Shown: positions 29,609 through 40,167 of the stretch, piece after piece
How positions within the stretch are numbered: position 1 is the stretch's first letter
Layout of the letters: each line of letters begins with the position of its first letter
IMG/VR virus record: IMGVR_UViG_3300013794_000014
Coordinates: 32,001 to 96,000 of that record
Length of the DNA: 64,000 bases
DNA from: a virus
Reading direction: 5' to 3' (one strand)
The notes under the pieces: model-generated
Database searches by the model: none
The model's input: the letters and a program-made list of their open reading frames with translations, nothing else
Told to the model about the DNA's origin: nothing
Made by a program: the position numbers and the translations under genes

Positions 29609-30844
29609 ATGCCTATTATTGTCAATGGCAAAAAGACAAATGAAATACATTTCAAATATGGTGCATATGTAGACTACAATGAACCAGTTCCTACATTGAA
29701 GTATGGTAATAGGCCTGGTACAGTTGTTATACGTAAAGGTAAACCAAAAGACTACATTGAATTTGATAGTAATAATGGTGGTTATTGGAAGTACTATTTC
29801 AGTATACCTGTATTTGGTACAGATTATCTCAATGAACCAGTTCAATACAAAATTGAGTTTACAGAAAGTTCAGTTAATGTGTGGTCAAATGATTTGCAAA
29901 GCATACTAGCTACACGTTCTATAGTGAACTTCTGGGATGAAGCAACTAAAGCAAATATCAGAGTTTTCGATGAAAATTACCAACAGAAGTACTTCTGGAT
30001 TGAAAAGTTTGATCCAGTCAACAAACATGCTATAATTTGGGTTTCAATTGAACCAGGACAAAAAGAAGTAAACATTGCATATGGAAATGACAGTTGCTTT
30101 GAAAGTGGATATAATGTTCCAAGTAAATGTTTTAGGAGAGTAATTGATGGGCTAGTCGGATGTTGGCATTTTGATGAAGGACAAGATAATACTGTCTATG
30201 ATTCATCTGGCTATAATAGACATGGAACTATTAATAATGTTACTTGGACTGATGCTGGATACTATGGTAAAGCGTTATACTTCAACGATGGTGAGGTTGT
30301 AATTGAAAACTCAGAAAATATGGATGGATATGAACAATTAACAGTTATTTCTCGTATATATCCTACACAAAGTTCATCGCAAGCTATTGTATTTAACAAA
30401 GAAGTGTGTTATGAGTTGGCATTGATAAATTTGAATATATGTTGGGCAGTATGTAATAGTATATTTTGGGAGTGGATATCAACTGGATATACTGTAAAAC
30501 TTAATAAATGGTATTTTATTGCATGGGTTTATGAAAGTGCAAATTCAATAAAGACATATGTTGGTGATGAAAATAGTAATATGTCATTACATACTGGTTC
30601 TTATGGTAGTGGAAACATATCAACGTCGAATCGTAAACTTAAAATTGGAAATCGGTATATTGCTAATTGTCCATTTAAAGGTATCATAGACGAAGTTATG
30701 ATCTTCAATAAAGCATTAACTAATGAAGAAATTCAAGACTTATACAATAATCATGGAATAGGAGGACATGATGGTAAATGTTACGTAAGAAAAATTATTG
30801 AACAAGATCTCCAATTCGGAACCATTTCCATTAATGAATTCTAA
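29609..30844 (+). CDS. DUF2341 + LamG (concanavalin A-like) receptor-binding protein
   Basis: YFWIEKFD...IIWV...IAYGN then GLVGCWHFDEG...WYFIA...FKGIIDEVMIFNKAL. Confidence 0.75.
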   Translation: MPIIVNGKKTNEIHFKYGAYVDYNEPVPTLKYGNRPGTVVIRKGKPKDYIEFDSNNGGYWKYYFSIPVFGTDYLNEPVQYKIEFTESSVNVWSNDLQSILATRSIVNFWDEATKANIRVFDENYQQKYFWIEKFDPVNKHAIIWVSIEPGQKEVNIAYGNDSCFESGYNVPSKCFRRVIDGLVGCWHFDEGQDNTVYDSSGYNRHGTINNVTWTDAGYYGKALYFNDGEVVIENSENMDGYEQLTVISRIYPTQSSSQAIVFNKEVCYELALINLNICWAVCNSIFWEWISTGYTVKLNKWYFIAWVYESANSIKTYVGDENSNMSLHTGSYGSGNISTSNRKLKIGNRYIANCPFKGIIDEVMIFNKALTNEEIQDLYNNHGIGGHDGKCYVRKIIEQDLQFGTISINEF

Positions 30845-30855
30845 AGGTGTCTACT

Positions 30856-32190
30856 ATGTCTATGAATAACTGGATCAAAATCATATTGCCTAATGGTGTT
30901 GAAAGGTATGTTAGAAAAATCGAATTTGGACATGGGTTTCAAGTCACTGAAGACAAATATGGTATTAACGTATCAAACATAAACTATGAAGGTGGTATTG
31001 ACTACGAATTTGCAAAAAACATTTTTGATATTACAAAATATGAATGGAAGTCTGTAGTACCTAACGACAAATGGAATAACGCTATAGTTTATGCTGTACA
31101 TAATAAGTCAAGTGAAGAAACCGTCACATTTGTTTTACATCTTAATACAATTTGGCCAATAACAAACGGATCAATGAAACCTGATCTTTCTGATGTACTT
31201 GTTATCAATGAAGACGGTGAAATTCTTTCTTGGTACTATAGTGGAGACAATGCTTTTGGTGAATTTGATATTGTAGTAACAGATAACATACCACAAAACG
31301 GAATCAAGAACTATTTCATTGTATTCGGGAATTCAAAATGTTTAGGTGTATTCAAGAAACCACAAAACGCCAGTATAGTCAAATTACCATTTAATTTAGA
31401 TAGTTACCGTAAATACAGTATTTATCCGTTATCAAATCAAGATATTAGGTTGAATTGGACTACTGATGGTAACAACGGTTACATAGACGTTTCATCACTT
31501 TCAGATGGTTCATTATTTGTCGTTGAACTTGACAACTTAAATGGAACTACAATGTCAGAGTTTGAATTTGATGTGACAAATGCCGTTGATGTTGAAAAGA
31601 TCCAATGGCTCAAACCAGAACCACAAATAACAGAAAACGTAAAAACTTACATAGTTAGGAATCAGTTTCTTTCAGATTGGCCGTACTATTGGTGTTTTGA
31701 CGTAACCAATGAAGATACACAAAATCCACTAGAAGGCCCTATCTGTATTGAATTTGACTCTACTGAATTGATATCAAAAGGTATAATGAAACCTAACGCA
31801 AATGACTTAAGGGTTGCTATTGTTGATCAATATGGAAATCCAATACGGTTCCTAGACTACTATGTAGAACACGTTACAATTGGAACAGATAAAACCAGAG
31901 TTTGGACTGAATTGTACATATCACCAAGTTCAACAATTAGATTGGCATTATTGTTTGATAACCCATATGTTTTCAGTGAATCTGATGGTAACAAAGTTAT
32001 GTTTAAGTTTTTCGATGAATTTATTGTCAAGTATTTACAACCAAATATATTTGTAGAAACCCTTGAAGATGGAACATATAGAGTAACAATTCATAATCCT
32101 TATGAAAAGCGAATATTTTACCCAATTAAGCTACCAATAAAAGCACCTAATGAATTAACTGGTTATGAAATTGTTCCAGAATCAGAGTAA
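30856..32190 (+). CDS. Tandem DUF2341-like tail protein
   Basis: Two MKPD/NxxDxxV...YY...FGN/FDN modules. Confidence 0.65.
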   Translation: MSMNNWIKIILPNGVERYVRKIEFGHGFQVTEDKYGINVSNINYEGGIDYEFAKNIFDITKYEWKSVVPNDKWNNAIVYAVHNKSSEETVTFVLHLNTIWPITNGSMKPDLSDVLVINEDGEILSWYYSGDNAFGEFDIVVTDNIPQNGIKNYFIVFGNSKCLGVFKKPQNASIVKLPFNLDSYRKYSIYPLSNQDIRLNWTTDGNNGYIDVSSLSDGSLFVVELDNLNGTTMSEFEFDVTNAVDVEKIQWLKPEPQITENVKTYIVRNQFLSDWPYYWCFDVTNEDTQNPLEGPICIEFDSTELISKGIMKPNANDLRVAIVDQYGNPIRFLDYYVEHVTIGTDKTRVWTELYISPSSTIRLALLFDNPYVFSESDGNKVMFKFFDEFIVKYLQPNIFVETLEDGTYRVTIHNPYEKRIFYPIKLPIKAPNELTGYEIVPESE

Positions 32191-32202
32191 AGGTGATATC
32201 AA

Positions 32203-34440
32203 ATGTCTTTGCCTTATTGGATTACTGGTACTGAAACTGAAAAATACATATGGACTAGGGTTACTATACCTGCAGGAAAACATGCAATACTGTATATCCG
32301 TAAAAAAGAAGGGTATAGTCCTATAGAACCTAAGAGAGTAATTAATGGCCTAGTTGGATGTTGGCATTTTGACGAAGGACAAGGTAATGTTGTTTATGAT
32401 AGTTCAGGTTATGGTAATAATGTTACATTATATGGTACATATGAATGGGTTACAGATAATGGAAATACTTGTATTTACTTTTCTAATGGATATGGTTTGA
32501 CACAAAATTCTATAACATTAGGAGATGATCCATTTACGTTTATAGTAAAAGTCAAGTACCCAAATGATGCAAGTATTAGTAGTAATACTGCTGTAATAAG
32601 TAATTATTCTGGATATTATACACATAAATATGCAGGTATTCATGTATATAGTGGATTGAAACTTCGGTTCTGTATTAGACATTATGATGATTCTAGTAGT
32701 AGGGCATATATTATGTCTGACATAATAAACAAAAACCAATGGTATTTTGTTGTTGGTAAAAGGGATACTACCAAGATATATCTATACTTAAATGGTGAAC
32801 TTGTTGGTACAAAATCATGTACACATGTTAGAGATGTAGATAATAACAGATCTATTGCAATAGGAGGTGGACATTATGGCAGAAATATTAAATGTTATGT
32901 AGGCTATGCAATGATCTTCAACAAAGCATTAACAGAAGAAGAAATACAAGATTTATACAATAATTATGGTATTGGAGATTGTGATGGTAAGTGTTATGTA
33001 TTTGATAAAACCTTTGTAAGTCGTATTGTAGACAATGTAATCCAAATTCAAAATATAAAACAGACCGATTCAAATACATGGAAAATAGTCTTGTATAATC
33101 CAACTAATGAAGATATAATAGATGGTACAATCAAAATTCCTGGAAATGACATTGTAACCAGTATTAATGAAAGTCTTGAAATTGTACAAAGAAGTGTTTT
33201 CGGTTACTGGATTGATTCAAATCTCAATATATGGGTATTACCATCTATCAAACCAGGACAATCTATCACATTTACAATAAAACCAAACAATGAATGTTTC
33301 CCTGAATCTTGGATATTTGACTATCTGAAAACATCAATAGATCCAAATAAATGGTTTGTTAACTGTAACTTCATACCAGATATTGATGGTATAACAATAA
33401 CAAAAGGTTATATCGAAGCAAATATAGATGTTACTGGACAAATAGTAGACTTAGTATTTGATCTGAATTGGCCATATAGACATGTACCAATACTGAAAAT
33501 CGGAAACAAAATCTTAGTCAAATACAATAATGGACAACTAGACTTCTACTTACATTATGATGTTGATCCTAATACACCTACATTTACGTATAAACTACTA
33601 GATTTGGAAAATACATTGTACATAAGGACACTAGATGGGAATAAACCCTTAAAACCAGGTATATTGAAACTTAGGTACAAAGGTAAATCAGGACATCCAT
33701 CAAATCATGAAGGATTTATCAACGACTATGATTACTCTACATTACACATAAAAGAAGTTGTCAATAGTATTTACCATCCAAGATCATGGGCATATGACTG
33801 CCAAAACGAACTTTACACTTGTATTCTAGATATATGGAATCAATGTAATGTAAACTTTGGTATTGATGGTGATGATGCTGTAGAATACGAAATCATCAAC
33901 CTACATAACCCAAATGAAAGGATAATAAAGGGTTGGTATGGTGGACATGGATTCAGAGGTAGTCCTCAAGCAATATCAAACGTTACCTTAAAACCCGGTA
34001 AATACCTAGTTATTGTAAGACAAGAAGAGGACTATGGTAGCGAAGGTGTAATCTTCTACTGGAAATACCAAAATGAACCTGAATGGCATGTTTTCAGTGT
34101 AGACAATGCTCCAGGATACGTCTATACATGGATTCCAACAGATGATAAAGCAAAAACCCGTGAATTCATTGAATATGCTAGAGTTGACTTAGAAAACCCA
34201 GAAATAGTAACAAGAATCCCAAGAACAGAATCAATTTGTAGACTCATATTTGACTTTACATCTGGACTAGACATTTATGTTAACGATGTACACGTATATT
34301 CACAACTAGAACCTTACAATGACTTAAACGGTATTGTTCTTGGACATCCAGACAACGGAACAACTTACACCAAATACTACAACATTAAAGTGTATCCAAA
34401 ACTACAATATAGTGTAAACCCAATACTTAGAAATTTTTAA
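32203..34440 (+). CDS. DUF2341 + LamG + PA14-like adhesin
   Basis: GLVGCWHFDEG...MIFNKALTEEEI LamG domain; FGIDGDDA PA14-like domain. Confidence 0.72.
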   Translation: MSLPYWITGTETEKYIWTRVTIPAGKHAILYIRKKEGYSPIEPKRVINGLVGCWHFDEGQGNVVYDSSGYGNNVTLYGTYEWVTDNGNTCIYFSNGYGLTQNSITLGDDPFTFIVKVKYPNDASISSNTAVISNYSGYYTHKYAGIHVYSGLKLRFCIRHYDDSSSRAYIMSDIINKNQWYFVVGKRDTTKIYLYLNGELVGTKSCTHVRDVDNNRSIAIGGGHYGRNIKCYVGYAMIFNKALTEEEIQDLYNNYGIGDCDGKCYVFDKTFVSRIVDNVIQIQNIKQTDSNTWKIVLYNPTNEDIIDGTIKIPGNDIVTSINESLEIVQRSVFGYWIDSNLNIWVLPSIKPGQSITFTIKPNNECFPESWIFDYLKTSIDPNKWFVNCNFIPDIDGITITKGYIEANIDVTGQIVDLVFDLNWPYRHVPILKIGNKILVKYNNGQLDFYLHYDVDPNTPTFTYKLLDLENTLYIRTLDGNKPLKPGILKLRYKGKSGHPSNHEGFINDYDYSTLHIKEVVNSIYHPRSWAYDCQNELYTCILDIWNQCNVNFGIDGDDAVEYEIINLHNPNERIIKGWYGGHGFRGSPQAISNVTLKPGKYLVIVRQEEDYGSEGVIFYWKYQNEPEWHVFSVDNAPGYVYTWIPTDDKAKTREFIEYARVDLENPEIVTRIPRTESICRLIFDFTSGLDIYVNDVHVYSQLEPYNDLNGIVLGHPDNGTTYTKYYNIKVYPKLQYSVNPILRNF

Positions 34441-34453
34441 GTAGTGATCTACT

Positions 34454-35833
34454 ATGAATCTACTTTCACTTTTAAGTTATTGGAAACGTAATGGTATATC
34501 AGATATACAGTTTAGTTCAGAACCTCCTAAAGATCCTACTGTATTATGGTTTGACACTAAAGAAAAAACGTTAAAATACTATGAACACGGAACTTGGAAA
34601 CCTATTAAACAAGAATTTATTGTGTATTCAGATACAGAACCAAAGGATACAACCGTTATTTGGTATAACACTACTAAACAATGTTTCTGTATATATTCTC
34701 CAAAAGATCATAAATGGAAAATGTTACAATTGCAATCTATGGGACATACAACTTTCGACAATAACATAAATGGAACTTGGAAATATTACATTTCTATTGA
34801 ACTAGATACAGTACCTAAAGAAGATATCCAATACAGGATTGAGTTTACAAGTAAATGTACTAATGTTTGGTCAAATGATTTGAAACGAATTCTTGTAACT
34901 GGACCAATTGGCAATTTTTGGCAACAAGTTCATGAATATGATTTAAGGGTTTTTGATGAATACAATCAACAAAATTACTTTTGGATTGAGAAATTTAGTA
35001 GAGAACAGAAACATGCTATTATTTGGGTAAAATTACATGTAGGTCAAAGACAAATAAATATCGCTTATGGAAATAAAGATTGTAATGAAAGCGTATATCA
35101 TGATGCACATAAAGTTTTCACAAGAACAATAGATGGATTAGTTGGATGTTGGTGTTTCAATGAAGGACAAGGGAATACTGTCTATGATTCATCTGGTTAC
35201 GATAATCGTGGTACAATACATGGTGCTACTTGGACTGATGATGGATACTATGGTAAAGCATTATACTTTGATGGAAACGATTATATACGAATACCTAATT
35301 CAAAGAGTTTACAAGTTGATAGAGATTTGACTGTTTTAGTACGTTTCTTTCCTAAAGATGTGAAAAGAGGTAGACAAGGTTTAGTTTTCAAACATTACAA
35401 TAACGAATATGAAGTCATAATGGAACCCACAGGTAATGTATCATTTTACCATGGAGATGGTTATTGGGAAGAAATACAGGAACCACCACATAGTGTCATA
35501 CAAAACCAATGGAATTTTGTAGCAATAACAAGAACTATAACTAACAGGACTATTAAATTCTATCTAAATGGACAGTATAAAGGATCTGACAAGTTTACAA
35601 AAATGCCAAGAAAAAGTAATTATGATGTGTATATTGGAACTCGTGCATATCGTTGGTACTATTTCTACGGTTTAATTGATGAAGTCATGATCTTCAATAA
35701 AGCGTTATCAGATACAGAAATCAATGACTTGTATCAGTATCATGGGATAGGTGGTTATGACGGTAAGTGTTACGTAAGAAAGGTCATTGACAAAAATCTC
35801 CGATTTAGGAAGATATCTATCAAAGAGTTCTGA
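34454..35833 (+). CDS. Tail fibre with LWFD repeats + DUF2341 + LamG
   Basis: N-terminus like 27280 (LSLLSY, PPKDPTVLWFD); GLVGCWCFNEG...IDEVMIFNKAL. Confidence 0.75.
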   Translation: MNLLSLLSYWKRNGISDIQFSSEPPKDPTVLWFDTKEKTLKYYEHGTWKPIKQEFIVYSDTEPKDTTVIWYNTTKQCFCIYSPKDHKWKMLQLQSMGHTTFDNNINGTWKYYISIELDTVPKEDIQYRIEFTSKCTNVWSNDLKRILVTGPIGNFWQQVHEYDLRVFDEYNQQNYFWIEKFSREQKHAIIWVKLHVGQRQINIAYGNKDCNESVYHDAHKVFTRTIDGLVGCWCFNEGQGNTVYDSSGYDNRGTIHGATWTDDGYYGKALYFDGNDYIRIPNSKSLQVDRDLTVLVRFFPKDVKRGRQGLVFKHYNNEYEVIMEPTGNVSFYHGDGYWEEIQEPPHSVIQNQWNFVAITRTITNRTIKFYLNGQYKGSDKFTKMPRKSNYDVYIGTRAYRWYYFYGLIDEVMIFNKALSDTEINDLYQYHGIGGYDGKCYVRKVIDKNLRFRKISIKEF

Positions 35834-35863
35834 TATCGATCAAAGAATTTTAAAGGTGATCTA

Positions 35864-36211
35864 ATGGAACTGAAAAGTACTCAAATAACAAATGAAAATC
35901 TAGTACAGAATATACTTAATGCTATATCTCCATATTTAGAACAACTTTCTGAAAATGTCGATGAACTAATAGGTATCAAAATTGATTTTAAGGAACAAAC
36001 AGTTTACATTTTGTATTTTGATTACACAGAAGAAAGACAACGTCTACAAGAAATTGTTTCACAGGCATTAATCATTAAAGAACAGTTACAACATGAAACT
36101 GATGTTATTAAAGTTGCAGTCCTTCAAGGCAGATTAACTGAACTTGCTAAAGAGTATGACAAACTCAAGGAAATACTAAACCTCGACCTAGAACTTTACG
36201 ACTTAATCTAA
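35864..36211 (+). CDS. Putative fibre chaperone/assembly protein
   Basis: RLQEIVSQALIIKEQL...LTELAKE...LYDLI parallels 28171..28536. Confidence 0.5.
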   Translation: MELKSTQITNENLVQNILNAISPYLEQLSENVDELIGIKIDFKEQTVYILYFDYTEERQRLQEIVSQALIIKEQLQHETDVIKVAVLQGRLTELAKEYDKLKEILNLDLELYDLI

Positions 36212-36218
36212 AATTGAG

Positions 36219-36719
36219 GTGGTATTATGTAGTAGTAATATGTTTGACAAAATCAACTTGTATCTACTTGAGCAATTAGAAGACTTATTGACATGCTATA
36301 GTTTTGAATTAACATCTCATTATTTCGACTTACAGTATCATGCTGATTTGAAAGTAACAAATAGTAATGGTAATGGTAACGATAACAATAACAATGACGA
36401 TAACAATATTGAATATTGGCTTATGCGTTTTAGACGTCTACCATATCGTGATTTCACTTTAAGAACCAAATCAAAATGGTTTCCATCTGAATTTGAAAAG
36501 ATCTACAATGGTAGTACAATCAGTAACCGTTACTTACATCTAGTAGTTGACAATAAGTATCAAGTCAAAGAAGTATTCGTGATCAATATTAAACGTCTAA
36601 GCAAAATGAAACAGTTTCTACAATACGTTTACAAGTATCAAAATAAACGTGATTTCGTCTACATAACTCCAAATCAACTATTTGAAAACGGTTTACTTGA
36701 CTATTACATAAAGTTGTAA
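36219..36719 (+). CDS. Hypothetical protein (possible degenerate PD-(D/E)xK-like fold)
   Basis: D...ADL...RFR...DFTLR...EFEKI; start uncertain. Confidence 0.45.
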   Translation: MVLCSSNMFDKINLYLLEQLEDLLTCYSFELTSHYFDLQYHADLKVTNSNGNGNDNNNNDDNNIEYWLMRFRRLPYRDFTLRTKSKWFPSEFEKIYNGSTISNRYLHLVVDNKYQVKEVFVINIKRLSKMKQFLQYVYKYQNKRDFVYITPNQLFENGLLDYYIKL

Positions 36720-36740
36720 AACTGTAAGGAGGTGAACAAT

Positions 36741-37631
36741 ATGTCAGTAGGATGGAAGTCAATAGCAGAAGTAAACACTAAAGAAAAAGATACAGCCGTA
36801 AGTAAAGAATTTAGAACGTTAATTTCAGATGATACTCTTTGTAGAGGTTTCTCAGGTACTGGTAAAACTTGGACTACAATCGCTAAGGCGTTGTACACAG
36901 CAAAACTTTATTCAGATGAAATCCCAATATTCGTTCTTGATACAGAAAACGTATTAGGTAAAGTACAGTATAACGCTAACTGGAATACTGCATTAGCAAA
37001 AACAATAGGTGTAAACAAAGAAGTACAATCACTTATTGACTTAAGTAAAGAAGTTGGAGCACAAATATTCATTTCAGAGTTCAATGAAAAAGTTGGTTCA
37101 GAGAAAGTCTATGATACAGTTGTAGAAACCCTTCAAATGTTAAGACAACTACCAAAGATAGTAAAAGAACAAGGATACAAATATGGAATCTTGATAATTG
37201 ACTCATTAACCGACATTTACAAGTTAACATCAATGGCAGTAGTACAAAACAGATTAGGTGGTTCAATAGACGAAATTGAAATGGTTATGGATAACGTAGC
37301 CCAAATACAAGACTGGAACAAAGTATCAAACCTTATGTATGACTCCATAGTAACGTTAACAATGAACAGTAAAATACTCACCCTAATGACAATGAAAGAA
37401 AAGGAAAATCAACAAGGAGAACCAACATTACAAGGATACAAAGACATGCCATATTACTGTGATACTTACATAAGGTGTTTTGTAGGACAAGGATTAGTTG
37501 GTGGGAAAGTAGTTAAAAAGAGAAAATATGAAATCAGAAAGACATGGGGTTTGACTGGTGATTCATGGCCAACTATTGATGCCGACTTCATGAAACTAAT
37601 TGGTATTATACTTGGAAAAGTCAAAGTATAA
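36741..37631 (+). CDS. RecA-superfamily / Sak4-like (AAA_24) ATPase
   Basis: GFSGTGKT Walker A, VLDTE, LIIDSLT Walker B. Confidence 0.7.
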   Translation: MSVGWKSIAEVNTKEKDTAVSKEFRTLISDDTLCRGFSGTGKTWTTIAKALYTAKLYSDEIPIFVLDTENVLGKVQYNANWNTALAKTIGVNKEVQSLIDLSKEVGAQIFISEFNEKVGSEKVYDTVVETLQMLRQLPKIVKEQGYKYGILIIDSLTDIYKLTSMAVVQNRLGGSIDEIEMVMDNVAQIQDWNKVSNLMYDSIVTLTMNSKILTLMTMKEKENQQGEPTLQGYKDMPYYCDTYIRCFVGQGLVGGKVVKKRKYEIRKTWGLTGDSWPTIDADFMKLIGIILGKVKV

Positions 37632-37748
37632 CTTCTTTCTTTTACGTTTTACATTATCTTTTTTCTTGTTATCATTGTTTATTTGCTGTAGTTGTAGTCG
37701 TGGTAACCCCAAATACTTAGCTAACTTAGGATCATAGAAACGTTTCAT
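37596..37748 (-). CDS. Small basic hypothetical protein (50 aa, MKRFYDPKLAKYLG...)
   Basis: Not in the ORF track; GTGA SD directly after the stop of 37760..38356. Confidence 0.4.
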   Translation of the reverse strand: MKRFYDPKLAKYLGLPRLQLQQINNDNKKKDNVKRKRKKLYFDFSKYNTN

Positions 37749-37759
37749 AATTGATCACG

Positions 37760-38356
37760 TTATTGTACCGTTGACTTGTACTTAGATAACTGTATGTATA
37801 GTCTGAATATCATCCTTGCTTTGTTTTCAAGATCGTCTTTGAGTTTAGCCAAGTTTGCCAATTCTGTATCAATGATATGTTGTTGTGCTTCTGTATCATT
37901 CATGTTTTCTTGTGTCTTAACATAATCAATGTAATCTGCAATTAGTTTTGGTATATCACCAACAATCATGTAAGTATTCATAAGTGGTTTCAAAGTAATA
38001 TGTTCATTAGTTGGATCAATTACATATGTTTCAGTTTCGATGTTCAAATTAGATGTACATATGGTTGTAAATAAATCACAGAGGACATTTAGTTTCGTTT
38101 CATCGTAGGTTTTATCCAATACATTAGTTTGTGGTATGGATATGTTTATATTGTCAACAGATATAACGTAATTACCAGAACCATCATCTGTTAACGTTAC
38201 ATTTGAAAATAGTAACCCATCATATGTATATAAGTTGTCTTCAATTTTGATCATATAACGTGTATTTAGTAATCTGTCAATAAGTTTACCTTCAGTTTCA
38301 TCAAGATACTTGTCATCTATTTGAACAGTAATAACACCATTTGAAAGTGAAATCAT
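37760..38356 (-). CDS. Hypothetical protein
   Basis: 198 aa; GAGGTGA SD on the minus strand at about 38362-38369. Confidence 0.7.
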   Translation of the reverse strand: MISLSNGVITVQIDDKYLDETEGKLIDRLLNTRYMIKIEDNLYTYDGLLFSNVTLTDDGSGNYVISVDNINISIPQTNVLDKTYDETKLNVLCDLFTTICTSNLNIETETYVIDPTNEHITLKPLMNTYMIVGDIPKLIADYIDYVKTQENMNDTEAQQHIIDTELANLAKLKDDLENKARMIFRLYIQLSKYKSTVQ

Positions 38357-39329
38357 GTCTGATCACCTCACGTTAACTGACGCTTTCGAAATACTTTTAC
38401 GAATATACGAATCACATATGTATTATGTTCAACATGAACTATTTGAAGAGGTTTGTGTTCCATACTTATGTGGTCCTCCAGGTACAGGAAAGACATCATT
38501 GACAAGAACAGTTGCAAAACATTTACAGTTACCATATAGTCGCCTTGATATGTCACTTTTCGAATACTATGAATTGAAGGGTTTACTGTATGTTGACGAC
38601 AAAAACTGGACTACAAAAATCATTGAGTTAGACGTCATACCGACTCATAAATGTGTTCTATGTATCGATGAAATTAATTCCGCAGACTATTCATTGCAAA
38701 AAGTTTTAGCAGGACTTATCTATGAACGCCAAATTGTAAACAGACGTCTACATAATGAAACGTTCATAATTTGTTGTGGTAATCCTCAAGATACTGTAGA
38801 AGGTATGTATGACTTACTTGGACATTTGAAAGATCGTCTTATTGAGTTGCCAGTACAACCTACGTTTGACGAATTACTTGTTAGAATTGCAAAACTTAGT
38901 AAGGTTGCATATACGGTTTATAGTCAAAACTATGAACTTGTAAAACGCTATTTTATGCAACATAAGTCAATGAGGCCATTTACAGCCGCTACATACGCTA
39001 TTGAACAATACTTGAAAACAAAAGACAAATATTGGTTTGAACTGATTAGGCGTCTAATTCCAATCGCCAATGATATGGTTTTTGAACAATATCAGAAACC
39101 AAAAAATAGGGTTGAAATCAATAGCGTACATGATGTCATATCCATCATCCTTAACATAGATCAATGGACAAAAGATGAATTAGCAAAACTTGAAATTGAC
39201 AATAATCTTTTGTTTACTGCTCAACGATATTGCCAAACGTTTGATCTACTTGACAAATGGAAAACGTTTCTACTAAAACTTGATGAAAAGAAAAGAGAAC
39301 AATTAGCAAGGTGGTTGGTTGATGTTTGA
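38355..39329 (+). CDS. MoxR-like AAA+ ATPase
   Basis: GPPGTGKT, LCIDEIN, ICCGNP, LKDRL. Confidence 0.8.
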   Translation: MSDHLTLTDAFEILLRIYESHMYYVQHELFEEVCVPYLCGPPGTGKTSLTRTVAKHLQLPYSRLDMSLFEYYELKGLLYVDDKNWTTKIIELDVIPTHKCVLCIDEINSADYSLQKVLAGLIYERQIVNRRLHNETFIICCGNPQDTVEGMYDLLGHLKDRLIELPVQPTFDELLVRIAKLSKVAYTVYSQNYELVKRYFMQHKSMRPFTAATYAIEQYLKTKDKYWFELIRRLIPIANDMVFEQYQKPKNRVEINSVHDVISIILNIDQWTKDELAKLEIDNNLLFTAQRYCQTFDLLDKWKTFLLKLDEKKREQLARWLVDV

Positions 39330-40167
39330 CATCTTCACCCTTATTGATCAATCAGACTTAAATTTCCATGATAAGGCGTCATTGAAAGTTCTGTATAGAC
39401 AACATGAACGTATACTGAAAAATATGCCCCTAGAAACCCAATTACATGAACTAATACACTACTATAGAGGTGATCATTTTGTAAAACGTAATTGTGTACA
39501 TTGTTACATTCATAATTTGATTGCTGATTATCAGGTTGAAAAGTTTATTGATGAACATTGGCCAACACTTGATAGAAGTCCACAATTGAACCGTCTATCA
39601 GATCAACTGCATCAATTGAAGTTAACTGGTGAATATCGTGACTTATTACATTGGGACTGTAAACAATGTCCATTTAAGCAACTTGAAAGTGAAGGGCCAA
39701 AACACATAACATCAATGTCTTACAGATGTACAAGGTTACGTTATATGCTTGAAAGACTAATTAGACAAATAATGCCAAAGATCTATGTTGGAGTAACCCA
39801 TAGACATTATGTATCAATGCAAAAAAGAACAAAAACGATATTACCAGTAAAACGTTACAGAAAAGATGAACTGAATATCATAGTAGATACATCGACTTCA
39901 ATACCGTTAGTAATTGTTCAAACGGTTATTGAAACAGTATGGCCATTTACATATGAACCCAACATCAACTTATACGGTTTTAGTGATATCTGTTACAATC
40001 TAACTAAGGATAGTATTAGGTACAAAGATGTTACTCGTTTTAGACCAGTTTACGAATTAACTAAAGACAGTAAGTATAATATCGTGATTACAGATTTACT
40101 ATTTGATGATTTTGATTTACCATTACCAAAGAATTACAAAGTTCTTGAAGTAGGTAAGGTGATATAA
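39322..40167 (+). CDS. HExxH metallopeptidase-like + VWA domain protein (DUF2201-like partner of MoxR)
   Basis: HELIH, N..AD; IIVDTSTS MIDAS, IVITD. Confidence 0.7.
   Translation: MFDIFTLIDQSDLNFHDKASLKVLYRQHERILKNMPLETQLHELIHYYRGDHFVKRNCVHCYIHNLIADYQVEKFIDEHWPTLDRSPQLNRLSDQLHQLKLTGEYRDLLHWDCKQCPFKQLESEGPKHITSMSYRCTRLRYMLERLIRQIMPKIYVGVTHRHYVSMQKRTKTILPVKRYRKDELNIIVDTSTSIPLVIVQTVIETVWPFTYEPNINLYGFSDICYNLTKDSIRYKDVTRFRPVYELTKDSKYNIVITDLLFDDFDLPLPKNYKVLEVGKVI

Noticed and set aside
29609-35833. Diversity-generating retroelement acting on the LamG adhesins
   Set aside because: No reverse transcriptase in the window and no near-identical template/variable pair differing only at adenines; differences are spread over all bases.
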